Assembly: GCA_051313645.2 (NCBI GenBank)
Contig: JBNRSN020000001.1
Span: forward strand, 428,048,001 to 428,112,000
DNA length: 64,000 nucleotides
Reading direction: 5' to 3'
Source of the DNA: Centroscyllium fabricii
Taxonomy: Eukaryota
The notes beneath the pieces are model-generated. The model ran no database searches and was not told the origin of the DNA. It was given only the letters and a program-made list of their open reading frames with translations. Made by a program: the position numbers and the translations under genes. How positions within the stretch are numbered: position 1 is the first letter of the stretch; every line of letters begins with the position of its first letter. This document shows, piece after piece, positions 50,698 through 62,977 of the stretch.

Positions 50698-53410
50698 CAT
50701 TGGTTCTGGCTCTGTTGAGATGCAACCCGTCCGGCCTGTACAGGTCCCACTTTCCCCAGAACTGGTCCCAATGTTCCAGGAATCAGAAGTCCTTCCTCCT
50801 GCACCATCTCTCTAGCCACACATTCATCTGCTCTATCCTCCTATTTCTACACTCACTAGCTCGTGGCACTGGGAGTAATCTAAAGATTAATACCTTTTGA
50901 AGTCCTGATTTTTAATCTCTTTCCTAGCTCCCTAGAATCTGCCTGCAGGACCTCATTCCTTTTTCTACCTATGTCATTGGTACCGATATGGACCACAACC
51001 TCTGGCTATTCACCCTCCCCCATCAGAATGTTCTGTAGCCGCTCAGTGACATCCTTGACCCTGGCACTGGGGAAGCAACATACCACCCTGGAATCCATAA
51101 ATATATGTGGGATGACCAGATCACACTGTATAACTGTTAGGTTTCAGTGAGTTGCAAGGGGCTCAGATGACAGTACAAAATGCAAGATTAAAATCTGTCT
51201 TGGTTATGAATGTCACTTCGACGCTGAAATTATGCTGCAGCTTGTAACTCACAATCACAACTGGACTCCGGTAGCTGTCATGCACCAGGGCAAGAGGTAA
51301 AACAGCAGTTATGGTGAACATTCTCATACATGTGTTGCATCCTGTGACATGGTGAGCCAGTGATTTTTTTTTATTCTTGGGACGTGGATGATGCTGGCAG
51401 GCCACATTTATTGTCTGTGCCTGGTTATCCTGAGAAAGGGGTGGGCCCTTTTCTGGAACCACTGCAGTCCTTATGGTTGATTTCCAACTGGTTGGCTCAC
51501 TAGACCCTTCAGAGGGAATTAAGAATCAAAACTTAAGTTAGTACAAGCTTTGAGAAAGTACTCCACCTTTAACAAATGAATGCAGTAATTTTTTTAATTC
51601 TTAATCAGTAATTAGAGTTGCACCTGTTAGTTATTACCTATGGTTTCTGTCAGTCAGTGCTCAGTATGCTGTGTGCCAGGTGATGGGAATATCCATTTGT
51701 TTATCATTATGTCATATGATGATTTTAATATCATATACTGTTATACTATCACCCTCAGTACAAATGCAGATAACATTGTAGCACCATTAGCATTAGAATT
51801 AGCACTTACCTGTTCTATTTCGAGGGATTAACATGCTTGTTTCTGCACCATAATTAGTACTGTGTTACAGTAGATACTCAGACCTAGTGAAGGGTGTCTC
51901 ACTGAAGAGTCAACAAGCAGTGAATTATTTGGACTTTCTTAACTTTTGTTTTTTTAAGAATACTTGCAGATCTGTCAGATAAAAAATGCCAGATGCTATG
52001 TAGGTGCTCTATCCACTTGTGATGGCACTTTATGTAATGGTTACAGGGAACATTGAGTGCATGATCCCTAATGATACAGGCTGCTTTCGATTCTGCTTGT
52101 TCCTATGTAGCTGATTTTCCCATGTGGTAGTGAAGGGAATTTTACCAGCTCTCTTGTTCATGTGCATAACATCCTGGGCTCTTTTGAACCTTTTTAAAAT
52201 CCACCTGCAAAATTATATTTATTGTTTCAAGAACAATGGCATGTGTGTGAATTTGTCCTTGTTGGGGGCGGAGGGGGAGGGGCAGAATAGCACTCTGGCC
52301 AACAAACTGCGCCATGGTGGCGGGTGACAGGCTTGTCTTCAAAGTTGCCAACATAGTTGAGTTTTGATCATTGCTGTGCCACTCGGAGTGGATGAGAAGG
52401 GACTAAAACTCAGCAGTTAAGTTACCTTGAGTTAGTCTTGTTTATTTCCTACCAGCTGATTAAAGGCAGGTGGAGATATTAACAAAGGTCCATCTCAGTT
52501 GAGAGATGGTACAGGACATGGTGTAGAATAGAAGAAAGGATTATTGAAAATGTGACAAAGTAATAGTATTAGAAAATTACAGTTTACCTGGGAAGCTATG
52601 TAGATTCCATAGAGAATTGTCCAATTGCACACAAAAATTTATACAGAATTCTCCAATTTGTTTAATTAACAAGCGAAACTGTAGCTTAGAATCATAGAAA
52701 TTTACAGCACAGGAGGAGGCCATTCGGCCCATTGTGTCTGTGCTGGTCGCAAAAGAGCAATCCAGCCTAATCCCACTTTCCAGCTCTTGGTCCATAACAC
52801 TGTAAGTTACGGCACCTCAAGTGCATATCCAAGTATTTTTAAAATGTGATGATGGTTTCTGCCTGTACCATACTTTCAGGCAGTGAGTTCCAGACCCCTA
52901 CTTGTTGGGGTTCTACTCGCTGGAACTCCCTCCCTAAACTTCTCTGTTTCTCTACCTCTTCTCCACATTTAGAAACCTTCTCAAAACCCATATCTTTGAC
53001 AATCAGCCCTGCTAATCTTCCTTCTTGGCTCAATGCTCGGTTTCCTTACTACTATTTGTGATGGCTCGGGACATTCCATTAAATTAAAGGCACTATAGGA
53101 ATGCAAGTTATCGACAAGTGTTTACGTGTGAATGTGTAAGCTCTTTCTTTAGTCATGAGGTTTCAATAGAATATTGTTCCCTTGTTACTTTTGATGGTTT
53201 TTGAACTCTGCCACTGACAGATGTCTCATGCTGCATTCATATTCATATCTATTCTCGTTCTATTAAATACATTTCTTTGCCAATTGAATTTCTAAATTCA
53301 GGTGTTTATGCTTCATATGTGCTGAAGTAAACAGATTTTGTTGCTGACGTCATTATTACTGAAGCAGACCAGAGTATTGTCTGGAAACAGAGTATTCACT
53401 AGAAATATAC

Positions 53411-53549
53411 CTGGATCATTTTTGTCATCAAATCCAGTCTGTTCATCATCTAATCTCAGATTTTGTTTGTTGATTTTAGAAGTGCACTCTTCCCAGTGTA
53501 AACATTGTTTTGCCTTCCATGCATAAACTTCATCTATACGTTTCATTCT
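53411..53549 (-). CDS. Candidate host-gene internal exon, unidentified
   Basis: TTGTTTTGTCAG acceptor, 139 nt open (RMKRIDEVYAWKAKQCLHWEECTSKINKQNLRLDDEQTGFDDKNDP), CAG|GTATAT donor, in non-repetitive DNA. Confidence 0.4.
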
Positions 53550-54157
53550 CTGACAAAACAATGGAAGTTTTACTCTATCCTTCCTGCTTGCTATTGCTTA
53601 ACGGCCCAGCTATCAGTTTGGTCCTGTGAGCAGCTTTCAGAGATCCATTCCTCTCGGGTTTCACACAGTGCCAATAGGCAGATGTGGCAACAGCATTCTG
53701 ATTCCTTTAACCAATTCTCTCTGACAGATTATGCAGTTGTTCCAAGATAACTCAGAAATCACATGGATTCAAGTAAAACTCAATAATATTATAATCCATG
53801 TTGGCTGTCAAACATTGTTTCCGAACATTGCTTTTTTATACAGGTATCTATAATTTAGAACGATTTACAGCAGCTTATTTTGATCTACAGTAATCCTATA
53901 AAGCTGTGGTGGAATTTAGCGAAAGACCAGATAGTTGTCTAAATTGACTCAATGCTCATTTTCATCCAAGAAATGTAGTGCTATACTAACTAATCATGAC
54001 TGAGGCACTGGATCAAATCTGACTGAAATGCTTCTCTTTTAATGGGCTAGCTTTTCTCCATAACCAGCCAGCTCATTTTGTTTATTTGTGTTGACCAGAA
54101 CAATATAAAGTCAGTGATGTTGCAACTATGTGACTTTCCAGCAATACTGGAAATATC

Positions 54158-55050
54158 GGCCTAGAAATTGGATAAGGCCCGAAAACGGGTGTGGGTATCG
54201 CGATCCGCGCGACTAGCCTGCACTCATTGGGCTTGAATTTCCAAGCTCCTTGGAGGCGGGAGTGGGGGGGAAATTGCAGAATCGGGGGGCACAAACCCAT
54301 TCCCCCCCAACCCACCTTCATGCCCGTTTCCCAGGAGGTGGGTTTTCGATCTGTGCTGGGAGCCGCCTCCCCGAGGTGGGAAGGGGATTAGTGCCAATTA
54401 ACTGCCTGTTAACAGGTAGTTAACAGGCAGTTTTTGGCTTAATCGCTATTTTTAGCCCTAAAGTGTGGGCTGCCCGATGGTTCCAAACCACGGCAAGTTA
54501 GCGAGGCGGACCGTCGGGCTGAAGGGCTTGGAGTGTTCGAGATGTCCGGTGTTCAGGTGAGTGATGGGTGCATGAGTGCAGAGGTAAGTGTGTTTGGTGT
54601 GTGTCAAGTGTTTAAATAAGTTTTACTTACCTTTACTTACTAATGCAGGCTTCCTTCCTTCAGGTCTCGGGAGTCCCTCATCTCACCGGCACAGAAAGCA
54701 GAATGGCCGTGAGCTGTCAAAAGCCGCAGCATTCTGCTTTCTGTTCTGGAGAGATTTCTAACTCTGTCTGTGGAGAAGAACTCAAGTTGGAAGGCAGATT
54801 GTCAGTGTTTGACAGCTTCACAGAGCTGTCAAACGCTGATATTTCATCTGTCAAAAGCTCTTGACAGATGAAATGTCAATCCCTGACGTCACTTGTAACT
54901 GGGTGTCCCTTAATTGGCTTGCTGGGCGGGCTTAACATGATCAATCAAGGGAAAATCATGTTGGTTGGCCACAAATCGATGGAGACGGGACGACATCCCA
55001 AAAAGTGGGAGTCCCACCTCCATCACGTCTCCATTGACAAAATCCAGCCC
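54158..55050. mobile_element. Probable Harbinger-like non-autonomous element(s)
   Basis: Starts GGCCTAGAAATTGG, ends CAAAATCCAGCCC; GC-rich relative to flanks; may be composite. Confidence 0.4.
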
Positions 55051-55320
55051 ATTGAGTCTGTTGTAGGCAGTACACAAAGTTTGTGCTGCATGCTAATTTA
55101 AATGATTGCAGTGGTAAAAAAGCACTAAACACACTGTTCAGTGGCTTAGTGCCTCAGCAGGGGGTCCAAGTTTGTGCGAAGCTAGCACCAATTAAAGCTT
55201 GCCTGCAGTTCTTAAAGGCAGCTTGCACCTCTTAAAGGGAAGGTGCATTCTAGCTTCAGCAGATGGTGGAAGTGACTGGGAAACAGACTGAGGGGCAAGA
55301 AAACTGAGTGATAGCATAAC

Positions 55321-56400
55321 ATGGCAGCGAGAGAGAGATCCCAGATTTTCAGACGTAGCACTAGAGGCCTTAGTGTAGGAGGTGAATAGGACAAGAGATG
55401 TTCTCTTTCCAAAGGGGGCCAGGAGGCCCGGCAGACAAGCTGTTAGAAGGCATTGGGACCAGATAGCTGTCGTAGTCAATGCGAGCAGTGTAACTCCAAG
55501 GACCTGGATGTAGTGCCGCAAGAACTTTAATGACCTCACAGGAGTTGTCAATGCCAGTGAATTCATCTTCAAATGCCATATCCCACAAACTGCCCCACAA
55601 GCCTCACACACTGCTCAATTTACCACCACCCCATTTCTCACCTGCCAACAATCCCTATCTATCATGACTCACACCTCACATTCATATGCTCCTCCTCACC
55701 CACTTACCACTACTGTAAACCTTACACCCACATCGCACAGCTTGAACACGCTGCAAGCTATTCAACCATGACAGCCACATCAGCCAAACACATTGAACCA
55801 CACTCACTGACAAACTTCCCTTTCTCTTGCAGGACAAGGTGGCGCACAACCCTAGGATGCTGCAGCTAACTGGAGGGTGACAGGCGTGCTTCCATATCCT
55901 GACACCGCTCGAGGAGATGGTGCTCGCCATAATTGGAGTGGCTGCGACTGAGGCCATGGCCAGCGGCGGCGCAGAAACCATTGAAGATGACGGTACACTC
56001 ATACCTAATCCTCCTTCTCACATCCCACTTCCCCCTCATCCCACAATCTCTTCTGACTTACAAGCTGCAGATGCTGTGAGCATGGACCTCTTGCTTTCCG
56101 CCCCCCCCCCCACCCCCACTACCCCTCACCACAACCCTACCCTTGTGGCTTTTGCATTTCAGAGACCCAAGAAATCCAACCTGGCCAACCAGTGGTGCAA
56201 CAAGAAGAGGAGAGTGATGATGAAGAAAAAACACCATCACTCGATATGACCCTCACAGCCACCAGCTCAGATACTAGCACTACACGGACTTTAGAGGGTA
56301 GCTTAGAGGTGGGATCGAGTGGGCTGCAGCCAGTGCAGGGGGAAAGGGTAGCACAGGTGTGAGTACCCTGGTGGATGAGGTCACCCACAAGTTGGGAAGT
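55321..56400 (+). pseudogene. Harbinger-type Myb/SANT-like gene remnant with introns
   Basis: PRFSDVALEALV*EVNRTRDVLFP...WDQIAVVVNA...RTWM*CRKNFNDL; acceptor TCTTGCAG near 55832 then DKVAHN...LTPLEEMVLAIIG. Confidence 0.7.
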
Positions 56401-56416
56401 GGTCCACATGGATTAT

Positions 56417-56820
56417 GGGCGGCACGGTGGCATAGTGGTTAGCACTGTTGCCTTACAGCACTGGAGACCCAGGTTCAAATCCAGCCTCGGGTACTATCTG
56501 TGTGGAGTTTGCACATTCTCCCCGTGTCTGCGTGGGTTTCCTCCGGGTCCTCCGGTTTCCTCCCACAGTCCAAAGATGTGCGGGTTAGGTTGATTGGCCA
56601 TGATAAATTGACCCTTAGTGTTAGGGGGATTGAATATGTGGGGTTACGGGGATAGGGTGGGATATGTGTCGGTGAAGGCTCGATAGGGATCGAGGGATAT
56701 GGGGACAAGGCAGGGACGGGGTACTGGGTTTGGATGATCGGCCATGGTCTCATTGAATGGCGGAGCAGGCTCGAAGGGCCGAATGGCCTACTCCTGCTCC
56801 TATCTTCTATGTTTCTATGT
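56417..56820 (+). mobile_element. HE1-like V-SINE
   Basis: Full head, V domain and CTATGTTT tail. Confidence 0.92.
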
Positions 56821-57276
56821 TACATCCATGCATTTTAAAAGAATCTAGGGAAGAGATAGCAGAGGCATTACTACACATATTTCATAATTCATTAGAAAAA
56901 GGTGTAGTGCCAGAGGACTGGTGATAGCTAACGTAATATCTATATTTAAGAAGGGAGATAGAACATGTCCAAGGAACTATAGACCAGTCAGCTTAACATC
57001 AGTGGTAGGAAGAATAATGGAATCCCCACTAAAGGACAAAATAGAAGAACATCTAGAAACCAAAAATATAATAATGATTAGTCAGCATGGATTTCAACAG
57101 GAATGTCTTGCTTGACCAACCGCAATGAATTTTTTGAAGAAGTAACAGAGAGAGTAGACAAAGGCAATGAGGTAGATGTAATTTATCTACATTTTCAAAA
57201 GGCCTTCGATTATCCCATAATAGACTAATGAATAAGGTCAGAGAATAAGGAGTCAGGGGACAAGTAGCAGAATGGA

Positions 57277-58061
57277 AAGTGTCTGGAATTATTCAAGAAA
57301 GCTTTATAATATTATTTCTAAGCAATATTAGTTGGTCTTTATTAGCTGGTTTGGGAGACCCTCCGTGATTACCCTCGTTTGGGTCCCCAAAGTTCTGAAG
57401 CAGGCTCTACTTTTGTTGCATTAATTGTGTTTTGCAAATAATTTTCTTAGTAGTTAAAGTATTTGTACTAGTATGGGTAATTAGTATATTTGTGATAATA
57501 TAGGCAATTTAAGTAATTGAGATAGTATTGGTGACTGGAATATTTATAGTATCAGTAATTGGAGTGTTGGTTACCAGAGTATTTGTAATGGTATAGGTGT
57601 TTGAAGTATTTGCAATAGTATCGTGCAGCGTGGACCAGCAGCGGGGTCGGGGCCCAGGGAAGGTGCAGCATGGGCCAACAGCGAGGTCGGCAGGACCACA
57701 ATGCATCCTACAAAACCCAGGCAGAGAGGACCTGCGGGAAGGATGGAGGACGACAATAGGAGTATGTTTGTTTGTGTGTGCTAGGCCGTTGTAGCAGATC
57801 CTGGTCTACAATTGTCTTGGATCCCCTTGCCATTGGACCAAGACCCTGCTCTGTCAGGCCCGTGTGGTGGCTGGTGTGCAATGGCCACCCCACATTAAAA
57901 GAATTCACGCACCAGCATCGTCCACCCTTTAAAATGAAGTTTGGGACTTGGAATGTCAGGACTCTCATGGTTCGCATTGGACTCTCAGTCACCTGAGAAC
58001 TCATTTCTAATGTGGAAGCAAGTCATCCTCGGTTCCGAGGGACTGCCTAAGAAGAAGTAGA
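57277..58061 (+). mobile_element. Bipartite (internally deleted) RTE-clade element
   Basis: 11-bp TSD AGCAGAATGGA; MKFGTWNVRTLM joined to RIGL-SHLRTH-like C terminus; CCTCGGTTCCGAGG hairpin; (AAG)n tail. Confidence 0.75.
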
Positions 58062-58956
58062 AGCAGAATGGATAGCTAGCTGGCTTCAGGACAGAAAGCA
58101 GAGAGCAGGAGTAAAGTGTAGCTATTCAGAGTGGCAGAAGATAGGTAGTGGTGTTGTACAAGGATGAGTGCTGGGACCATTGTTGTTCACAATTTATATT
58201 AACGATTTAGACTTTGGAATCAAAAACACAATTTCTAAATTTGCAGATGACATCAAATTGGGGGGGGATAGTCAATACTGAGGAGGAATGCAACAACTTA
58301 CAAGAAGACATTAATAAACCTACAGAATGGGCATATAATTGGCAAATGAATTTCAACATATAAATGTGAGGTATTACATTTTTGTAGGAAGAATAGGGAG
58401 GTCACTTATTACTTGGAGGGTGCGAGTCTAGGTGGGGTAGAGGAGCAAAGGGATCTCGACGTGCAAATATACAAATCACTAAAAGTAGCAACACAGGCTA
58501 ACAAGCCATAAAAAAAGCAAACCAAGCACTAGGGTTTATTTCTAGAGGGATAGAATTGAAAAGTAAAATGCTGAACTTGTATCGAACCTTGGTTAGATCA
58601 CACTTGGAGTACTGCATACAATTTTGGTTGCTATATCAGAAAAAAGGATATAGAAGCACTAGAGAAGGTGCAGAGAAGATTTACAGGGATGATACCAGAA
58701 ATGAGTGTATACCTATCAGGAAAGGATGAACAGGCTGAGGGGTGAACTAATAGAGGTCTTTAAAATTTTGAAAGGTTTTGGTAGAATAGATACAAAGAGA
58801 GTGTTTCAACTTGTGGGGAAGAGCATAACTAGAGGCCATCAATATAAGATAGTCACCAAGAAATCAAATAGGGAATTCAGCAGAAACTTCTTTACCCAAA
58901 GAGTGGTGAGAATGTGGAACTCACTACCACAGGGAGTGGTTGAAGCGAATAGTATA

Positions 58957-61900
58957 TGTGGTGAACCATTTAGTGTAGTTCACACTGTGTTATTATTGTA
59001 TATAGTTTGAGCTAATAAATCTGTTCCTTTCTGTAAGGACCTGGACCAGCTGACCCCGCCTCCGGGTATGAGTATAAAGGAGGATGCTCCGCCCACCTGA
59101 CTCTCATTCCGGGCGGACTCATCGCGGACCAGGTCTAGTTCTTAGCTAATAAAAGCCTTCAATTACTCTTCACCAAAGACTAGCATAATTGATTTGCGCA
59201 TCAATTTTATTAGCTAAGATTTTTACAATGAGCCAGCATGTGGATGAGCAAGAACAGAGCCACCAGCCAGCTGCATCAGATAACTGGAAATCGATCCTTA
59301 AACCAAAGACTCTCGACCTCAACCCCCAGGCACCGAACGCTTCGAACGATTTTGAGCACTGACTGAGCTGCTTCGAATCGTTTCTGGTGGTGGCTGGAGT
59401 CAGCGATGCGCACAGGAGACGGGTCCTCATCTCCTGCATCAGTGGCAGGGTATATTCGATCATCAAGAATGCCACTGACTACGATGCAGCATTGGAGCTG
59501 CTGAGGGCTCGATACCTCCAGCCAGTCAACGCCGTCTACGCTCGCCATCTACTCGCCACGCGGAGGCAACAGCATGGTGAGTCGAATGAGGAGTACCTGG
59601 AGGCTCTTCAAGCTCTCGCTCTGCGCTGCGAATGTGCACCTGTTAACGCCCAGGAGCACATGGACCTCCTCGTCTGCGATGCCTACGTGGCAGGAATCCG
59701 ATCGGCCCCAGCGCGCACCCGCCTGCTCGAGCAGGATAATTTGTCCCTGAACCAGGCGGTGAAGCTCTCCAATGCGGTGGATGGGGCCCTCCGCAGCCTG
59801 CATTCGTACACGGGGCACGGCTCCCACACGGTTTCCCCAGGGCCTTGGGACTCGCGTTTAACGCCCTCGACGGAAACCGTGGCGGCCACTGCGCCATCCG
59901 GACAGCCAGCGCCTCTGAAATGCAATTTTTGTGGCCAAAACCGCCATCCACGAAGCTCCTGCCCAGGAAAGTCATCATCCTGCTCCAAGTGTGGCAAGAA
60001 GGGCCACTTCGCGAAGATCTGCCGATCGGCCCCGGAATCTGCTTGGAAAACGGCAGCAGCCTGCGATCTCCACGCCACAGAGTGGCCTCAGGTACCTGGC
60101 GCACCCCAACAGCAGTTTCCAGAACAAGTACTACTTACCTTGCCTCGGGTGCGGCCTGCCAGCGCCGTTTCCCGCGCTCCGCCATCTTCTTCATCGCTGG
60201 AATCGCGGGCGCCGTCGCCATCTTTGAGGGCGCGGCTTTCTTCATCGATGGAATGGTGCGAACGGGCAGCAGAGGCCCCGCCCCATCACGTGACGCCGCC
60301 ATCTTCCCGCGTCACGGCAGCAGCGGTCCCGCCCCATCACGTGACGCCGCCACCTTGGTGCAGGACGGCCTGCCTCTCGTCAGCAGAGGCCCCGCCCCAT
60401 CATGTGACGACGCCATCTTCCCGCGTCACGGCAGCAGCGGTCCCACCCATCACGTGCTGACGCCATCTTGGTGCAGGACAGCCTGCATCCCAACAGCAGA
60501 GGCCCCGGCGCCATCTTTGTGCAGGAAAATTTTAAAAGCACAGGCTGCTGCAGCAACTAGCAACTTCAAATCAACCTCTGCGGTCCTGGCAGCTGCAACA
60601 GACTACTCCAGACCACTTCAGCATTCGGGCGCTGGTGCGCCGTGAGCCCTTCGGTCTTCCAGACGGCTTTCTCGGAGACTCACCCACCGGTCCGAAACAC
60701 CACCGCGGCCCGCCGCGTGCGAATCACGGGCGCCGCCACCAACCGCGGACCCTGCATTGCACAAGGGCCCCAGCGTGCACACCACACTTGCCTCTATGGC
60801 CCCGAACCCATCTCTTACTTTATCAACAATGACCATCCGGGTGGAGGGGCACCTCACCCGCTGTCTGTTCGACACTGGGAGTACGGAGAGCTTTATACAC
60901 CCTGATACGGTGCGCCATTATTCCCTCAGGGTTAGGCCCGCGCATCGTAAAATCTCCCTCGCCTCCGAGTCCCAGACTGTGGACGTCATCGGCTGCTGTA
61001 CAGTCACAATTACTGTGAAGGGGACGACATACCGCAACTTTCCACTGTACGTCCTCCCACAGCTCTGTGCCCCTGTGTTGCTTGGCCTGGATTTCCAGTG
61101 CCATCTGCAGAGCTTGACGATGGCGTACGGTGGTCCCCTGCCTCCTCTCACGGTCAGCAGCCGCGACTGCCCTGCCTCACAGCCACACTCCTCTTGTGGT
61201 CTGTCTACCTTGAAGATAGACCCCCCCTCGCTGTTCGCCAACCTTGACCCTGACTGCAAGCCCATTGCAACTAAGAGTAGGCGATACAGCGCTGGGGACC
61301 GCACCTTTATTAAGGCAGAGGTTGCCCGGTTGTTGCGGGAGGGCATCATCGAGGCCAGTAACGCCCGTGGCGGGCCCAGGTGGTAGTGGTTAAGTCGGGC
61401 AACAAACAGCGCATGGTCATTGACTATAGTGAGACCATTAACCACTACACTGGGCTCGACGCTTATCCGCTTCCAAGGATAAATGATATGGTCAACCAGA
61501 TTGCTCAGTATAAGGTCTTCTCCACCATCGACCTTAAGTCGGCCTATCACCAGCTCCCCATCAGAGCTGAGGACCATAAATACACTGCCTTTGAGGCAAA
61601 TTGGCGCCTTTTTCACTTCCTCCGGGTCCCCTTTGGGGTTACCAATGGAGTTTCGGTCTTCCAACGGGAGATGGACCGAATGGTTGACCAGTACCATTTG
61701 CAGGCCACATTCCCGTATTTGGACAATGTCACGATCTGCGGCCATGACCAGCAAGATCACGATGATAATTTGGACAGGTTTCTCCGTACGGCCCAGCATC
61801 TGAACCTCACTTACAATGAGGATAAGTGTGTTTTCAACACTAACCGGTTGGCTATCCTCGGCTACGTAATTGAGAACAGGGTCCTCGGCCCTGATCCCGA

Positions 61901-62681
61901 ACGTATGCGCCCCCTTCAGGAGCTGCCTCTGCCGCACTTCCCCAAATCTTTGAGGAGATGCCTGGGGTTTTTCTCGTATTATGCACAATGGGTTCTCCAT
62001 TATGCTGATAAGGCCCGGCCTCTCCTCAGAGCTACCTCCTTCCCGCTCCCATTAGAGGCCCAAATTGCATTTTCACGTATTAAGCAGGACATCATCAAGG
62101 CAACCATGCATGCTATTGATGAGTCTTTCCCCTTCCAGGTCGAAAGCGACACCTCAGACTTCACCCTGGCCACCACCCTCAACCAGGCAGGCAGGCCCGT
62201 TGCTTTTTTCTCCCATACCCTACAGGGCCCTGAAGTCTGCCACTCTTCCACCGGTGGAGTCCCTGTTCACGTCGGGAGCCCCGTCAGCGTCTTTTCCGAT
62301 TGTGACTACTCCCGCCTATTCATGTGAATCGCCACTGCTTCGCAGGTCTTCTCGGACTGTTTGACCTCATCAAAGACTGATAACGCAGTGCTGATATTCG
62401 CCCCGCGGGACTTGTTTTTTAAGGAAGGGGTGAATGTGGTGAACCATTTAGTGTGGTTCACACTGTGTTATTATTGTATATAGTTTGTGCTAATAAATCT
62501 GTTCCTTGCTGTAAGGACCTGGACCGGCTGACCCCGCCTCCGGGTATGAGTATAAAGGAGGATGCTCCGCCCACCTGACTCTCATTCCGGGCGGACTCAT
62601 CGCGGACCAGGTCTAGTTCTTAGCTAATAAAAGCCTTCAATTACTCTTCACCAAAGACTGGTGTAATTGATTTGCGCATCA
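58957..62681 (+). mobile_element. Gypsy D, integrase-deleted, decayed
   Basis: 247-bp LTRs 58957-59203 and 62435-62681 (about 7 differences); TSD GTATA; Gag, LFDTGS protease, YLDN RT; RNase H breaks at about 62250 and joins the C-terminal LRRSSRT tail. Confidence 0.95.
60175..60520 (+). repeat. Degenerate minisatellite in Gag-protease linker of Gypsy D
   Basis: Repeated CCCGCCCCATCACGTGACGCCGCCATCTT units (APPHHVTPPSS). Confidence 0.8.
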
Positions 62682-62739
62682 GTATAGATGCATTTAAGGG
62701 GAGGCTAGACAAGCCTATGAGGGAGAAGGGAATAGAGGG

Positions 62740-62977
62740 TGTGATGAAATATGTATGTTCATCAGACTGTGCTTTCCACCTGGACTTGTACCGCCCACCT
62801 TTGTCTATTGTATATGCGGTGCTCTGCCCTTGTCTTTTGTTATATGGAGGACTCCAGAGCGGCTTGAGCCATTCGACCTGGAGAACTCAGTGTGGGAACA
62901 TGCACCACAGTTCTTAGTTATTAAAAGCCTACCTTTAAGTCCTTAAACCTCTCGCTTGGATTATTGATGGCCTATCA
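62740..62977 (+). mobile_element. Solo LTR E (same Gypsy lineage by motif)
   Basis: TGTGATG...CTATCA, 5-bp TSD GAGGG, CAGTTCTTAGTTATTAAAAGCC block like LTR D. Confidence 0.85.

Larger units (their letters stand above)
42815..51090 (-). mobile_element. Old CR1 (esterase to RT) fragmented by at least five insertions
   Basis: ORF1 esterase about 50700-51090; YVNARSVVNK 49585-49840; IMGDFNYP 48310-48837; RT 42815-44224. Confidence 0.82.
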
